A stretch of DNA of 64,000 nucleotides, from IMG/VR virus record IMGVR_UViG_3300020492_000001, positions 1 through 64,000 of that record; one strand, written 5' to 3'. The position numbers were made by a program, and so were the translations under genes. A model generated the notes under the pieces. That model was not told the DNA's origin and searched no databases. It saw nothing but the letters and a program-made list of their open reading frames with translations. This document shows positions 10,401 through 20,095 of the stretch, piece after piece (positions within the stretch are counted from its first letter, which is position 1; every line of letters begins with the position of its first letter). Origin of the DNA: a virus. Taxonomy: Duplodnaviria > Caudoviricetes.

Positions 10401-11860
10401 TATACACCTTCATATATAACTGTATCTGTAGTTAAATTGCCAAACGTAACTAACCATCTTGAGTATGGCAACACTTGTCCAGCTAATGTAGGATTTCCTG
10501 TTAATGGAGGACTTACATCAGCAGGAACATTACAATTAGAACATAAATTCAAATCTCCATGAGATACTAATGGATATTGAAACTGATTAATAGTTACTCC
10601 ACTTAAATCTAATTCAAACTCTTCTCTTTCTGTTATGTTAGCGATGGTGCTGTAGTTCTTATTAGTGTTTATTGTTTTACACTTTAAGATACTTGCAGGA
10701 AACAAAGTCAAGTCACTAATGGTTACTGTTCCTAAATTAGAAGCTCCCGTGTCAGTAATAGACATAGTTGCTCCTGTTACCGCTTCTTTATTAGTTATAA
10801 TAATTCTATAAGGCACATCCGCCACTTGTGTAAACTCAGCACAAGCTACCTCAATCGTATCAAAATCAGTATCAATATCTGTTATATTTAACTTTACAGA
10901 CTTACCACTATTCTCAAGAGTTGTAGCGGTTCCATTACCTACAAAATCTCTATAAGCATTTCCTGTAATAAAGGTAGATGAATTATTCATTCCTACGTGA
11001 ATAGGATTGCTTGCATAGCTCCATGAAGTTACCACGCCGTCATAAGAACTCGATAATCTGTAAAAGTAAATATGGCTTCCACAATACTTATCTCCTGTAC
11101 CATATTCTTTAAACTCAATATTACCTAATAATCTACTTGGAGACCAATCTAATAAAGATAATGGATAGTATTCAATTACTAAAGGAGTACCGTCAGAAAC
11201 TCCATAAGTAGCTCCTCCTGCCGTTGTTGCAGTAAATATATTACTTAATATAGTTCCACTTTCGTCAGTTGGGCCATACTCATCAGAATCGTAAATAATA
11301 CAACCTTGTAATACCATGTATTGAGTACCTACTACTAAAGAACCACTAGCTATATAGTTTGTAAAAATAGGATTAGCAATATCAAATACTCTAGGCTCAT
11401 TAAAATTATCAGTCCAATATACTCTTTGATTATTTGTATTCTCTCTAAAAGAAAATCCTTCAATCTTATGTATTTTAGTAAAGTTTAAATTAATATGGTG
11501 GTAATACGGCACATAAGTACCTATAAAATCCATTCCACTTCTTACAAATGAAATAACTCCTATCTCGCCATATCCTGTTGTGGTTTCACTATTTGTTGAG
11601 AATACTACTAACTTATCAATAAAAGAAACAAAACCTATTGGCATAGGCTCTAAATCTAAATCAAGAACTGTATTTAAATATCTTGGAGTTAAAGTAAGTA
11701 ACACCTTATTTCCTTTAGTCATCTCTACAGTGTAGTGATTACCGTCATAAGAAATAAGCATACCGTTTTTCATGTTTCGATACGTGCCGTCAGGCTGTAA
11801 TATAAAAGAACTATCTTGATGAAGCCCTTTGTCAAATGTATTAATAACTGAACCTGCCAT
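7400..11860 (-). CDS. tail stabilisation/muzzle-type protein (crAss-like, 1486 aa)
   Basis: N-terminal FDKGLHQD...PDGTYRNMKN motif, beta-rich, size and position after ring-protein genes. Confidence 0.7.
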   Translation of the reverse strand: MAGSVINTFDKGLHQDSSFILQPDGTYRNMKNGMLISYDGNHYTVEMTKGNKVLLTLTPRYLNTVLDLDLEPMPIGFVSFIDKLVVFSTNSETTTGYGEIGVISFVRSGMDFIGTYVPYYHHINLNFTKIHKIEGFSFRENTNNQRVYWTDNFNEPRVFDIANPIFTNYIASGSLVVGTQYMVLQGCIIYDSDEYGPTDESGTILSNIFTATTAGGATYGVSDGTPLVIEYYPLSLLDWSPSRLLGNIEFKEYGTGDKYCGSHIYFYRLSSSYDGVVTSWSYASNPIHVGMNNSSTFITGNAYRDFVGNGTATTLENSGKSVKLNITDIDTDFDTIEVACAEFTQVADVPYRIIITNKEAVTGATMSITDTGASNLGTVTISDLTLFPASILKCKTINTNKNYSTIANITEREEFELDLSGVTINQFQYPLVSHGDLNLCSNCNVPADVSPPLTGNPTLAGQVLPYSRWLVTFGNLTTDTVIYEGVYYVTGEVIVGGSIWAIMLFTGTASVRPCTTKNKYTVTNPSSSDVGKRREDAIQLTTGFWDYKDPAVASHNKGYWSGEKYRFGILFFDLKGNPFYVKYIKGDPTTFDYTFDTIPDKGGLMTKSAIFGTTPTQYSYALNTSGINVSGLDIPESIMNQVSGFSIVRAERDPIVITQGLLMQSVYSNLLGFNSVMPLGICRTDYSILPMYEVGDGYYIYSVLSPDIQTGYSFPSAVKIGDNLKEACWLNGSQLKTDTQKRVMFTKLFQMPVGSFGTGKDASSPRTLPLKSMNGNAVYNFDENTGAGGFLGTSVDYRNRYSNVNEFQVTLNYDSICGVTPFDPGFDILSVGCKKQIIKSQFNHFDALTDYNATANTSNYNKMLANFITDTDPANQYGGASESAIANTLYMSCGHFQPINTQVKADTLNGTFASGIYAGENKYTFNDIEVFGGDCFTNLIDLGYGLWDEAFETSDNAMSYALWFPCEGNVNYNLRRGQKVSNKNMYPSSGATGIGWFDSSLSPTTQLESYNYNKAYTTDGNFIKYPSLPLNYKFTGEFDYRIRWSKYKTPGELIDSFRVFRIPDYRDLDGQRGQINNLKARDSKLFYWQDHSVGYTPILERQLVGGSALGDATALGVTGVIDRYDDIDTNFGNQHQHGLTETEYGFAWFDMRRRAFMVMGIGSKPEEMSMVKGLQVFFNNEFNEGNVLFPAVTSTIYNTNNLDIPEIPLMGYGIVGVYDPTFKMTYLTFKYTKTDTEPVKKITFVNRDFTLGYNHVLNAFVAFTDNCPAIWHNHNDLVVSANNPKNTKAYNADMPSTSFVIGDTVLVKNVEYICVKDVTIASYPGTTTNGGTSPLALGSTGGANDFWLAINKTNEIYLQNFGADLCKFYGKVWDFEQEVVVNFKTDMAVTPQNMQVKTIGPNSTSVYFDTENQASSDLNISSTNRNYRFIDGAWFFSVALDRLRGRLTDYYVRVKFVHKNYVTNPTTAKNVQKVTQWLKTMFVSKR

Positions 11861-12572
11861 AAGTATTGTTTATATTCATTCCTACCCATAATCCACGACC
11901 TGAATAAGGGTCATGGTATAATCTTGCAATCTCTTCTCTATCTGTTTCTGATAATTCTGCATCTAAAGCTCTTGAATGAGCGCATAGTCTATCCCATTGT
12001 GTATAGTGCCATTGCATCATTTTAGTATCTTTTCTTCTCATACACCAATTATACAATATGAATTGAGTAATAGCTTCTACGTGATTTTCTCCTATCTCCA
12101 TAAATCCATCACAATCTACCTTATATCCTATGTATTGAACAGTTACTTTATCATTATCCAATTCTACATCAAATATCATTTTATTATTCTGAAAATGATA
12201 TGGCACTATTCCGCATCCACTTGTAGTTTCAGATACTCCTGTATCAACTATTAAGAAAGTGTTATCCGCAGATAATGAAGCGTTAACTATTGGATTACTA
12301 AATGTTCTAGCAAATATACTTCCACAATTAACATCGTGACTTCCTAAGATAGCACCTTCTACCTTAATAGCATTATCAGGTAATTGTGCCGTGCATCCGC
12401 AAACATCAATAACTTTCCATTGTCTTTCGTATTGATAGTAACTTCCTATTTCCTTTTCCGCTTGGTAAGCCCAAGTCATAAATAACGGTCTGTGATTAGC
12501 GTGGTCAACCGCCGCCAAATCCATCGCATTAATTATAGGATTGTTTATTGATATTAGTTTGTTTATTGACAT
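11841..12572 (-). CDS. tail ring/tubular protein
   Basis: 243 aa, directly upstream of the stabilisation gene, as in crAss-like tail modules. Confidence 0.55.
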   Translation of the reverse strand: MSINKLISINNPIINAMDLAAVDHANHRPLFMTWAYQAEKEIGSYYQYERQWKVIDVCGCTAQLPDNAIKVEGAILGSHDVNCGSIFARTFSNPIVNASLSADNTFLIVDTGVSETTSGCGIVPYHFQNNKMIFDVELDNDKVTVQYIGYKVDCDGFMEIGENHVEAITQFILYNWCMRRKDTKMMQWHYTQWDRLCAHSRALDAELSETDREEIARLYHDPYSGRGLWVGMNINNTYGRFSY

Positions 12573-13024
12573 TTTAGCCTTGTTATTAATGTTCCTTTTT
12601 TAATTCCTTCTGTAACAGCATCTCTTAAATCTTGATGTGGTTTAAAAAATATCTGTTTGTTCTTTTTGTATCTCTTAGTTTCTAATACTATTTTGTAAAT
12701 ATACTTAGAACTACTTAAATTCAACTTCGCTTTTGTTACTCGCCCTCCAACATACGTTAATCCTTTTTCTAGTAACGACATCATTCTTTTACTATCCGTT
12801 GTCTTTGTTGCTTTAACCCAAATTTTAGTTTGACTATCTAAATTTATAATCGCTCCTAGTTTTAAGTTATTCAATATCTCTTCTTCTATGTAACTACTCC
12901 AAATATCGTTAATATCCTTTGTAGTTATCTTTTGTTTAAATCTTCTTTTAAAGTCCCTTTTAATCAATCCATGTACTCTTGGAGTTGACCACTCTCCTAA
13001 CTTCTTATCTACTAATTTCTTCAT
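12563..13024 (-). CDS. HU/IHF-like basic DNA-binding protein
   Basis: Very basic; C-terminal FFKPHQDLRDAV resembles the HU/IHF FKPxxxLKxAV motif; IHF-like genes occur in crAss-like tail modules. Confidence 0.55.
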   Translation of the reverse strand: MKKLVDKKLGEWSTPRVHGLIKRDFKRRFKQKITTKDINDIWSSYIEEEILNNLKLGAIINLDSQTKIWVKATKTTDSKRMMSLLEKGLTYVGGRVTKAKLNLSSSKYIYKIVLETKRYKKNKQIFFKPHQDLRDAVTEGIKKGTLITRLKCQ

Positions 13025-13866
13025 TTAGTTACTACATCATCCGCCGAATCATTTAAAACATCCACCACTTGCTGTTTCTCTATTTGAAACTCAGTTGTTA
13101 AGATAGATATTACAATTTGTCTAGCTAAGTGTGACGATACAGGATATGGGTCATTCTCAGTCATCTCTACTTCATAGTTAGTATAGAATACTTGTGAGTT
13201 TCCGCTAGCTGTAAAAGTAGCTGTAGCCGTTCCTGTGAACGTATCATTAGGTAAATAATTAACTCCATTGTAAATTACTAATCCTGTTGTTCCTTTTACC
13301 GTATATGAGTAACCTGATTTAATTCCACCACTAATAACAGGTAATGTTTTCTTAATCATTAATCCTTCTGTGGTAGTAGGTATTCCAAAAAATCTTAGGT
13401 TTTGTACAATTTTATTAATATAAATAGTAGTACCAAATCTTTGATAGTAATGAAACATACTTCTAACGTGTTCTTTAGGTATCATTCTCCACGTTTCAAT
13501 AGGATAGAAAGTGTAAGTAGTCTTTCCGCAAGCAGATATAACCCTTAACCCTAAATCTAAGTTTCCGTCTCCTAAGTAAGTTAAATTGATTACTTCGGGT
13601 ATTTCAGCCTTCATAATATCACAAGCGCAAAAGTCTACGTTTGGATCATCAGAGAAATTTACCTTAGTTAACGAGTGAATACCAAAGTCCACTAACCAAT
13701 TTTGGTCAATAACCTTAGTAATGTTGTATTCTTTAAGAATTTCAGAAACTCTTGCTTGCTCTACTTTATATCCAACCCAATCTTCATCAATCCTAGATTC
13801 ATCAGTGCGAGAAAATCTTTCAGCTAAAATTAAAATATCGTCTATGATTTGTTTTTTAGTTGGCAT
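13021..13866 (-). CDS. tail ring/adaptor-type structural protein
   Basis: 281 aa; C-terminal PYPVSSHLARQIV resembles the MPEKCQDELAKLA end of 22170..22979. Confidence 0.5.
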   Translation of the reverse strand: MPTKKQIIDDILILAERFSRTDESRIDEDWVGYKVEQARVSEILKEYNITKVIDQNWLVDFGIHSLTKVNFSDDPNVDFCACDIMKAEIPEVINLTYLGDGNLDLGLRVISACGKTTYTFYPIETWRMIPKEHVRSMFHYYQRFGTTIYINKIVQNLRFFGIPTTTEGLMIKKTLPVISGGIKSGYSYTVKGTTGLVIYNGVNYLPNDTFTGTATATFTASGNSQVFYTNYEVEMTENDPYPVSSHLARQIVISILTTEFQIEKQQVVDVLNDSADDVVTK

Positions 13867-13914
13867 ATTCTACTTATTTATACCTCAAATGTAACGAAAA
13901 TAATTAATTGTTTT

Positions 13915-13932
13915 TAACTCAAAGTTGAATTA
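13915..13932. promoter_or_regulatory. 18-bp palindrome copy
   Basis: TAACTCAA-AG-TTGAATTA. Confidence 0.7.
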
Positions 13933-13958
13933 AAAAAGCCTCACATTTCTGTAAGGCT
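13933..13958 (-). terminator. rho-independent terminator
   Basis: Minus strand AGCCTTAC-AGAAAT-GTGAGGCT followed by T6, after the lysis genes. Confidence 0.6.
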
Positions 13959-13992
13959 AGTTGTAATTAAATTCAAGATTGCGACCCTAGAT

Positions 13993-14655
13993 TTATTTCA
14001 AAGCAAATATAGTTAAAACTTCTGTAATTGATGCAACTATAATAGCGCCTATTGTTTTAATCTTTTGTTTTCTTAAAGCTTTTTTAGACTCCTTTTCAAG
14101 AGTTTTATAGTCCTCTGCTTGATTTTTAATTATTGTTTGCGCCGTCACAACCATTCCTTTACTTATAACTAACTCTTCTTTTACTGTACTTAATTCTTCA
14201 TTAACACTTTTATTAGTAGAATCTTTCTGAGCAAGTAAATTGTTTTTTGATTTAATAGTACTATCGCAATCATTCATGGCAATCTTTATCAATATAGTAT
14301 CGCAAATACCTCTAGCAAGTAATTCTCTCACTCTTTTAGATGAACTTCTATATAACTTCTCATTCTTATCAGCAATTACCTTAATCGAGTCTTCTGAGCG
14401 TTTTGAAGCTATTGTATTTAAGCTGTCTTGATACCTCTCTTGCATTAAACTAACAATTATCATACTATCTGACTTCATTTTAGCAAAGTATTGACTATTA
14501 TCAGTTTTAGCTACTTCAATTTTATTCTCGCATCCGCCACAATATCTAAATACAAATAAACAAGCAAGTAATATTACTATGCCTCTGCCTATTACCCCTA
14601 ACCAATATTTAACTACCGAAACTTCCATTAGTTTTTTTCTTCTAAATATAAACAA
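13993..14655 (-). CDS. membrane-anchored coiled-coil protein, spanin-like
   Basis: N-terminal transmembrane segment, long coiled coil, hydrophobic C-terminus; next to the candidate endolysin. Confidence 0.45.
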   Translation of the reverse strand: MFIFRRKKLMEVSVVKYWLGVIGRGIVILLACLFVFRYCGGCENKIEVAKTDNSQYFAKMKSDSMIIVSLMQERYQDSLNTIASKRSEDSIKVIADKNEKLYRSSSKRVRELLARGICDTILIKIAMNDCDSTIKSKNNLLAQKDSTNKSVNEELSTVKEELVISKGMVVTAQTIIKNQAEDYKTLEKESKKALRKQKIKTIGAIIVASITEVLTIFALK

Positions 14656-14843
14656 GCTAATAACGTATCTAATATAACACCTCCTATACCTACATAAATA
14701 GCATAAGTAGCATTAGATTCATACCATGTCATTCCTGCAATGGCACTTACTATACCTTTTGCGTATTGCTGTAATTTTACAATCTCTGATTGGGTATTCC
14801 CGAATAAATTAAATACCGAGAAATATACTTTATACTTTTTCAT
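14628..14843 (-). CDS. small membrane protein (holin-like)
   Basis: 71 aa with two hydrophobic segments, in the lysis cluster. Confidence 0.4.
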   Translation of the reverse strand: MKKYKVYFSVFNLFGNTQSEIVKLQQYAKGIVSAIAGMTWYESNATYAIYVGIGGVILDTLLACLYLEEKN

Positions 14844-14854
14844 ATCTTAATTTT

Positions 14855-15469
14855 TTAAATTATATGTTTAGATTCGATGATTGTTCCAGTAACCTTATTC
14901 CCATAAATACCACACGATATTCTTGTAATAGGTAATATCTTTTCAAATTCAGGCTCTGGACTTCCCATACATCCCAAACTCCAATTATTAACTAATCCAC
15001 TTCCATAAGTATTATTTTGACTCATTCTGTGCCAATGTGTGCCAAATATCTTTGCTATTTGCCTTTGAACTTTATCAATAAAAGTGTCTTTATTTCCATC
15101 TCTCCAATAATTAACCTTACCAACTTGTCTGAAATAAGGATATGAACTAAATTCTTTTGTAGTATCCCTAAATTCCCATCCACCTAATACTTGCTGAGGA
15201 CTTTCTATAACCGCTGTTCCTTTAATGCCTTCAACCGTTGTAGGTTCTAATAACGAACCTTTTAATCCTGGTTTTGTTGTTGCTGGAATTGTTAATATCA
15301 CTTTATCTCCATGATTTCCTTGATAACAAATATGTAAATAATCAGTAAATTTATTTGTGGCTTCAAATGAAGTTCTTTCCCAAACATAATTTAAAGAATG
15401 TGGTGCTGTAAACCATTTATATCCAAGTGATCTAACAGCTTGTTCTATTTGATTATAAGTTCTATTCAT
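14855..15469 (-). CDS. candidate endolysin with L,D-transpeptidase (YkuD)-like catalytic motif
   Basis: GTHWHRM...NNWSLGCMG matches the HxxxxxxxxSxGC pattern; flanked by membrane-protein genes. Confidence 0.6.
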   Translation of the reverse strand: MNRTYNQIEQAVRSLGYKWFTAPHSLNYVWERTSFEATNKFTDYLHICYQGNHGDKVILTIPATTKPGLKGSLLEPTTVEGIKGTAVIESPQQVLGGWEFRDTTKEFSSYPYFRQVGKVNYWRDGNKDTFIDKVQRQIAKIFGTHWHRMSQNNTYGSGLVNNWSLGCMGSPEPEFEKILPITRISCGIYGNKVTGTIIESKHII

Positions 15470-15588
15470 GCTACTAATTTTTTAATATTAAACTTCTTTC
15501 TTTGACATTAATGTTTTACAAGCATCACCGCGTACTTGCGGATGCTTTTCTTTCTAATCCTTTCAGTTATTAGTTTTTGTATTCTGAA

Positions 15589-15987
15589 CTAGATATTTTT
15601 GGCTTTTAAATAACCTGTTAGTTCAGCTAAATTATTACTAATGTTTTGCTGCATCTTTTCTACAGTGTCTAACTTGTTCCATAACTTATTGTGAGCTACT
15701 TCTTGCTCACTTTTTATTTCAGTTATTTTACTGTAAATTAAATTCTCTTTTTTTTCTACTGTATCCATGATATATTCTACTGTTGCTTTTTTTGTATTTT
15801 TAGAATGTAAAAACTTCTCATTTACAACTTTTTTAAATTCATCTAATTCATCATTAACTTCAGATATTTTAATGTTAGCTTTTTCTGAACTTGATTTTAT
15901 AACATAAACAAAACTAACTATAGAGCCTAATCCTATGATAATTGCTACTACGTCTTTTATTCCAAATATTAATTCTGAGGCATTCAT
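15589..15987 (-). CDS. holin-like single-TM coiled-coil protein
   Basis: N-terminal TM (VVAIIIGLGSIVSFVYVI) followed by coiled coil. Confidence 0.45.
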   Translation of the reverse strand: MNASELIFGIKDVVAIIIGLGSIVSFVYVIKSSSEKANIKISEVNDELDEFKKVVNEKFLHSKNTKKATVEYIMDTVEKKENLIYSKITEIKSEQEVAHNKLWNKLDTVEKMQQNISNNLAELTGYLKAKNI

Positions 15988-16067
15988 AGTCTTTTAAGTT
16001 CTTTTATTTTAAAGCAATTATTAATTCGTATATTGTTTTATGGTTATATTCTGAAATTTTAATATCA

Positions 16068-16286
16068 TTAGTTAATAATATAATTAATTAATTCACTATC
16101 TGTAACTAAAATAATATCATCTTTTTTTAAATCTAATTCTAATACCCTTGTATTGTTTTCTGATTTGGCTAAAATAACATCATCAAAAATATTATCATTA
16201 ATTTTCACAATACTATTAACATCTAAATTATTTGAAATAGTTAATACTATTTTACAGTCTTTTAATGCTTTATAAATTTCTTTCAT
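16068..16286 (-). CDS. hypothetical protein
   Basis: ORF co-oriented and abutting the fibre gene. Confidence 0.45.
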   Translation of the reverse strand: MKEIYKALKDCKIVLTISNNLDVNSIVKINDNIFDDVILAKSENNTRVLELDLKKDDIILVTDSELINYIIN

Positions 16287-16288
16287 AA

Positions 16289-17752
16289 TTATTTTTCTAT
16301 TATTACTGTAAAATAAACAGCCTTTGTTCCTAGACTTGCAAACACAGCACCAGCAGCAGTTGCTCTAAAATCAACGATATTGCTACCTTCCCAAACAAAA
16401 CACCTAGCAAAAATATTTGTACCGTTATTTATTGCAAACCTACAATCATCTAATTGCACTCCATTATTTGTAAAAGGAAGTACAACTTGCGTATTTGAAC
16501 TATTAGATATTCCTGTTACTTGTCCGTTTACAATATAATATGAACCCATATCTACAGATTTTATTTTATTAATTGAATAAGAAAGCCAACCAATTATTGT
16601 ACAACTTGCCGTTATATCTACCCAGCTATTACTTTGCTTGTTTTTCCACAAACTTGTAGCACTATCGTATGTTAATACATCGTTGTTTGCTACTCCATTT
16701 ATTAAAACATTATGAAGTTCATTTAATTCATAACCATTGTCAACTTTAACAAATATAGTTCCTTGAGTTATATGAGCATGTACTACATAACCAATAATAA
16801 CTATATGATTTGGTGCAATAGGTTTTATATTTGTAATATTACCAGCAGTTGTTGGACTTAAATATAAAATATCTCCATCCGCCCAAGTTTCGCTTTGTAA
16901 AGAACCAGTTGTATTAATACCTCTTACTAATCCGCTTGTAGTAATAAATCCTTCTTGATTATTCGCTATTGTTTCCGTTACTAAACCAATTGTTTCAGCA
17001 CTTAATAAATCACTTGTCGCTAAAGCTAAATCTACTTTTAATCTTTGACCTTGCGCCCCTGTAACTCGTACAGCTTGATAGTTAGATTCTAATAAAGTAA
17101 TGTTTGTTGCTGTTTTATTAACTACTCTTGATACTTGCTCTTGTCCGATTTGTAAAGTAACATTGCCACCTTTTAATTTTAAATCTAAAGTTCCATCTGT
17201 ATCATTCCAAACTACACTACCAGCAGTTGTTGGTATATTAGTTGGTGTATTATCAAACTCTAAATTACCTAATTGTATTCCAAACTCGCCTAAATTAACA
17301 TCACTTATTGCACCTACATAAGGTACATAACCATTAGCATCCATTTGCATGATGTTAGTCATGTTTAGATTAGGCAAATCAATAGCTTTAATTTTAAATA
17401 TGTAGACTAATGCTACAGGATAAGCGGAAGGAGTACCACTAAGGACATAATTCCCACTAGTATCAAAACTAGTAACCGATACCACTGTACCACCAATGGT
17501 AAGCGGAGATTGTCCAGTTGGTTGCCCATTACTAAGTGTTTCAACAAGAGCATCGCCACCACTATAAAATTGGTCCAAAAGTATTGTCGCACCTGTGGGT
17601 TTCGTGATTGTGCCTGTTGCTGAACTGATGGTCTGGAAGTAAAGGATTTTATATTCATTATTTTCTAAATTTGTTACACGATTATTTAATGCAGGGTCTG
17701 CCCCAGCTTGACTGAATATTTTTCTAGGATTCTTTACTGCTGACTGTCCCAT
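16289..17752 (-). CDS. tail fibre/spike-like protein
   Basis: Thr/Gly-rich beta sequence; WADGDILYLSPTTAG and NGVANNDVLTYDSATSLWKN segments typical of phage fibres. Confidence 0.6.
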   Translation of the reverse strand: MGQSAVKNPRKIFSQAGADPALNNRVTNLENNEYKILYFQTISSATGTITKPTGATILLDQFYSGGDALVETLSNGQPTGQSPLTIGGTVVSVTSFDTSGNYVLSGTPSAYPVALVYIFKIKAIDLPNLNMTNIMQMDANGYVPYVGAISDVNLGEFGIQLGNLEFDNTPTNIPTTAGSVVWNDTDGTLDLKLKGGNVTLQIGQEQVSRVVNKTATNITLLESNYQAVRVTGAQGQRLKVDLALATSDLLSAETIGLVTETIANNQEGFITTSGLVRGINTTGSLQSETWADGDILYLSPTTAGNITNIKPIAPNHIVIIGYVVHAHITQGTIFVKVDNGYELNELHNVLINGVANNDVLTYDSATSLWKNKQSNSWVDITASCTIIGWLSYSINKIKSVDMGSYYIVNGQVTGISNSSNTQVVLPFTNNGVQLDDCRFAINNGTNIFARCFVWEGSNIVDFRATAAGAVFASLGTKAVYFTVIIEK

Positions 17753-17757
17753 ATTTA

Positions 17758-18018
17758 CTAATTTTCACTAATTGGTGGAAAAGGATTTTCTTTAGGTACA
17801 TATAGTATTAAAGGTAAATCTTTAACCCACATATAATTTGGATTTATGTTATTAGCCATCTCCTCAACACTAATAACCCAATTATCTGCATTATCCATTA
17901 TAGGATTAAAAAAACAGTCTGGAGCATACATCTGCCCTACTAATTCATCTTTTTGTTCTACTGTTAGAAGTCCTACATAAGTAGTGTATTCTGCTCTTGT
18001 TATATCTGTTAGTTTCAT
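17758..18018 (-). CDS. small fibre-associated protein
   Basis: 86 aa between two fibre-like genes. Confidence 0.4.
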   Translation of the reverse strand: MKLTDITRAEYTTYVGLLTVEQKDELVGQMYAPDCFFNPIMDNADNWVISVEEMANNINPNYMWVKDLPLILYVPKENPFPPISEN

Positions 18019-18041
18019 AGTTTATATTGTTGTTTAAGTTT

Positions 18042-19652
18042 TTAAACTTGGCGATTTAAAGTTGTGTTAAAAGTTTGAACTGCATTGTAAAAAGCTAAGG
18101 CTTCAGCATCGGTTAATCCATCACCTATTGATGCAAAGGCACATTGTCTATTTGAAAAACTTACCGCAATTCCTTGACTATTTGAAGCACCTAAAAAAAG
18201 ATTTAAATTTTGCAAAGAACCGCTTGCACCTGTATTAGTAGCACCTATTTGAGCAGAATTTTTAAATAATTTATGAATAGCACTTGTTGTTCTTGATGTA
18301 ATATAAAAACCTTGTGAGTTTGCGTTAGCAATTATAATTCTTCCAGTTGTTGAATTATATTGGTCACTAATACAACCTACCGCTGTGTATCTAAGTGCTA
18401 ATAATAATTGACCTCCAGAACCATTTGAATTACTTAAGTCAATTCCAAGATTTTCATTATTTGTTCTTGAATAATAAGAGGCGTGAGTATTGTTTAAAGT
18501 GCTTTGAGTTGATGTATTAAAAAAAGTATCTGCAAAAGCATTGGTTCCATTAGGTAAGTAGCCATTTGCACTAAACGTACCTCCACCACTAAACACTAAT
18601 CTATAAGCAGCATTAGTATCTTGTGCATTAACTAAGTTAAACTTACAAGTAGTAGCTGTTCCACCAACCATAGGGTAGATAGCTTTCATTTTAGTAAAGA
18701 TATTAGCAGTCTTTAAATCACTAACTAAAGTGTTTGTAGCAGTTTGAATAGTGTTATCTGTTATTTGTGTACTAAATAAGAAAGCATTAGTTTCATTGTT
18801 GTATGCAGGATTGTAGTAGAATGATTGAGTAGCATTTATATTTCTACCTAAAGCTACTTGATACTTTTCAGTTATTTGATAGAATAGTTGAGATTCTAAA
18901 TCAGTAAGCCCATCTCCTATTGTTGAAAAAGCACATTCTCTTGGACTAAAATATGCTGAACCTACAGGTGGACCAGAATTATTCCATGCACTTATAAATA
19001 TACTACGATTACTTAACCCTTGTGAATTAACAGAAAAACTACTAATTGTTGTATTTTTTACAAGTTTTTGAACAGTAGCTGATGTTCTTGAAAGCAAATA
19101 TAAACCTGTTGTATTAGTATTAGAAACTAAAGATTGAACATTTGAATTTACAACACCATAATATGAATTACTGAAAAAAGGACAAATATAAATTGAATTT
19201 GTTACTAATGATGAGTTTACATTAGTTCCCATGTCAAAATAAGTACCAGAAATATCATTAGTTCTTGAATAAAAACTAACATGAGTATTATTTAATGATA
19301 AAGTAGTACTTGGCAATAAAAAAGTATCTGCATAAGAATTGATACCATTAGGCTTATAGCCATTAGAACTATGAGTTCCGCCACCTATAAAACTTAGTCT
19401 AAAGGCTGCATTAGTATCTAAAGGATTTTTAAGGTTAAATTTATGAGAAGTTGCAGTACCACCTACCATTGGATAAACTGCTTTAAACTTAGTCCATATA
19501 CCTACTGCTTTGCTATCTACTACCCATTGATTAACTGCATCTTTTTCAGTAGTAGTAAGAGTTACTCCTGCTGCTGTTTGAGCATTAAAAAATAGTTGAG
19601 CATCTGGGTCATAGGTAGATGCAACTCCATATATGTACGGATTTATTATCAT
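18042..19652 (-). CDS. virion fibre/decoration protein with tandemly duplicated ~250 aa domain
   Basis: Two copies of K(F/M)KAxYPMVGGTAT..KFNL.N..DTNAA(F/Y)RL.F.GGGT.S.NGY.PNG.N..ADTF. Confidence 0.65.
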   Translation of the reverse strand: MIINPYIYGVASTYDPDAQLFFNAQTAAGVTLTTTEKDAVNQWVVDSKAVGIWTKFKAVYPMVGGTATSHKFNLKNPLDTNAAFRLSFIGGGTHSSNGYKPNGINSYADTFLLPSTTLSLNNTHVSFYSRTNDISGTYFDMGTNVNSSLVTNSIYICPFFSNSYYGVVNSNVQSLVSNTNTTGLYLLSRTSATVQKLVKNTTISSFSVNSQGLSNRSIFISAWNNSGPPVGSAYFSPRECAFSTIGDGLTDLESQLFYQITEKYQVALGRNINATQSFYYNPAYNNETNAFLFSTQITDNTIQTATNTLVSDLKTANIFTKMKAIYPMVGGTATTCKFNLVNAQDTNAAYRLVFSGGGTFSANGYLPNGTNAFADTFFNTSTQSTLNNTHASYYSRTNNENLGIDLSNSNGSGGQLLLALRYTAVGCISDQYNSTTGRIIIANANSQGFYITSRTTSAIHKLFKNSAQIGATNTGASGSLQNLNLFLGASNSQGIAVSFSNRQCAFASIGDGLTDAEALAFYNAVQTFNTTLNRQV

Positions 19653-20089
19653 GCCCTAGTTCCTTTTAATAATATCTTTAAACCTTTAGCAGTACCATCT
19701 CCTATTTGGTCAATATCAATAGTTATTAAAGCATCATCTGCCAAAGCACTATCTGATATTACAGGAGGTGTTGCAGCAGTTACACTAGTTAATTCAGTAT
19801 TATCTATTGTTAATAAAGTTGATAAAACACTAACTCCTGCTTCATTAATATCTACTGTAAATATAGTTCCACTTGCTTGAGCAGTAACTAAAGAAGCTCT
19901 AACTTCTGTTAAGGTCATAGCGTAAGGCATTCTAAAGCTAACCTTAGATGTACCTGTTGTTAAAGCAGTAGATTCATCACTTGCAGCTAATTGGATTTCA
20001 CATGGAGAACCTACTAAGTTAACAGCAGCTCCACCACTTCCTCCATTTTGAGAAAATACTCTTTTTATATTTTTAATAGCTGAAATCAT
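19649..20089 (-). CDS. small structural (decoration-type) protein
   Basis: Beta-rich, 146 aa, in the structural cluster. Confidence 0.45.
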   Translation of the reverse strand: MISAIKNIKRVFSQNGGSGGAAVNLVGSPCEIQLAASDESTALTTGTSKVSFRMPYAMTLTEVRASLVTAQASGTIFTVDINEAGVSVLSTLLTIDNTELTSVTAATPPVISDSALADDALITIDIDQIGDGTAKGLKILLKGTRA

Positions 20090-20095
20090 GTTTTA

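Noticed and set aside
16289-19652. Diversity-generating retroelement acting on fibre genes
   Set aside because: No reverse transcriptase, and no template/variable repeat pair differing only at adenines; the duplication is a diverged protein domain.
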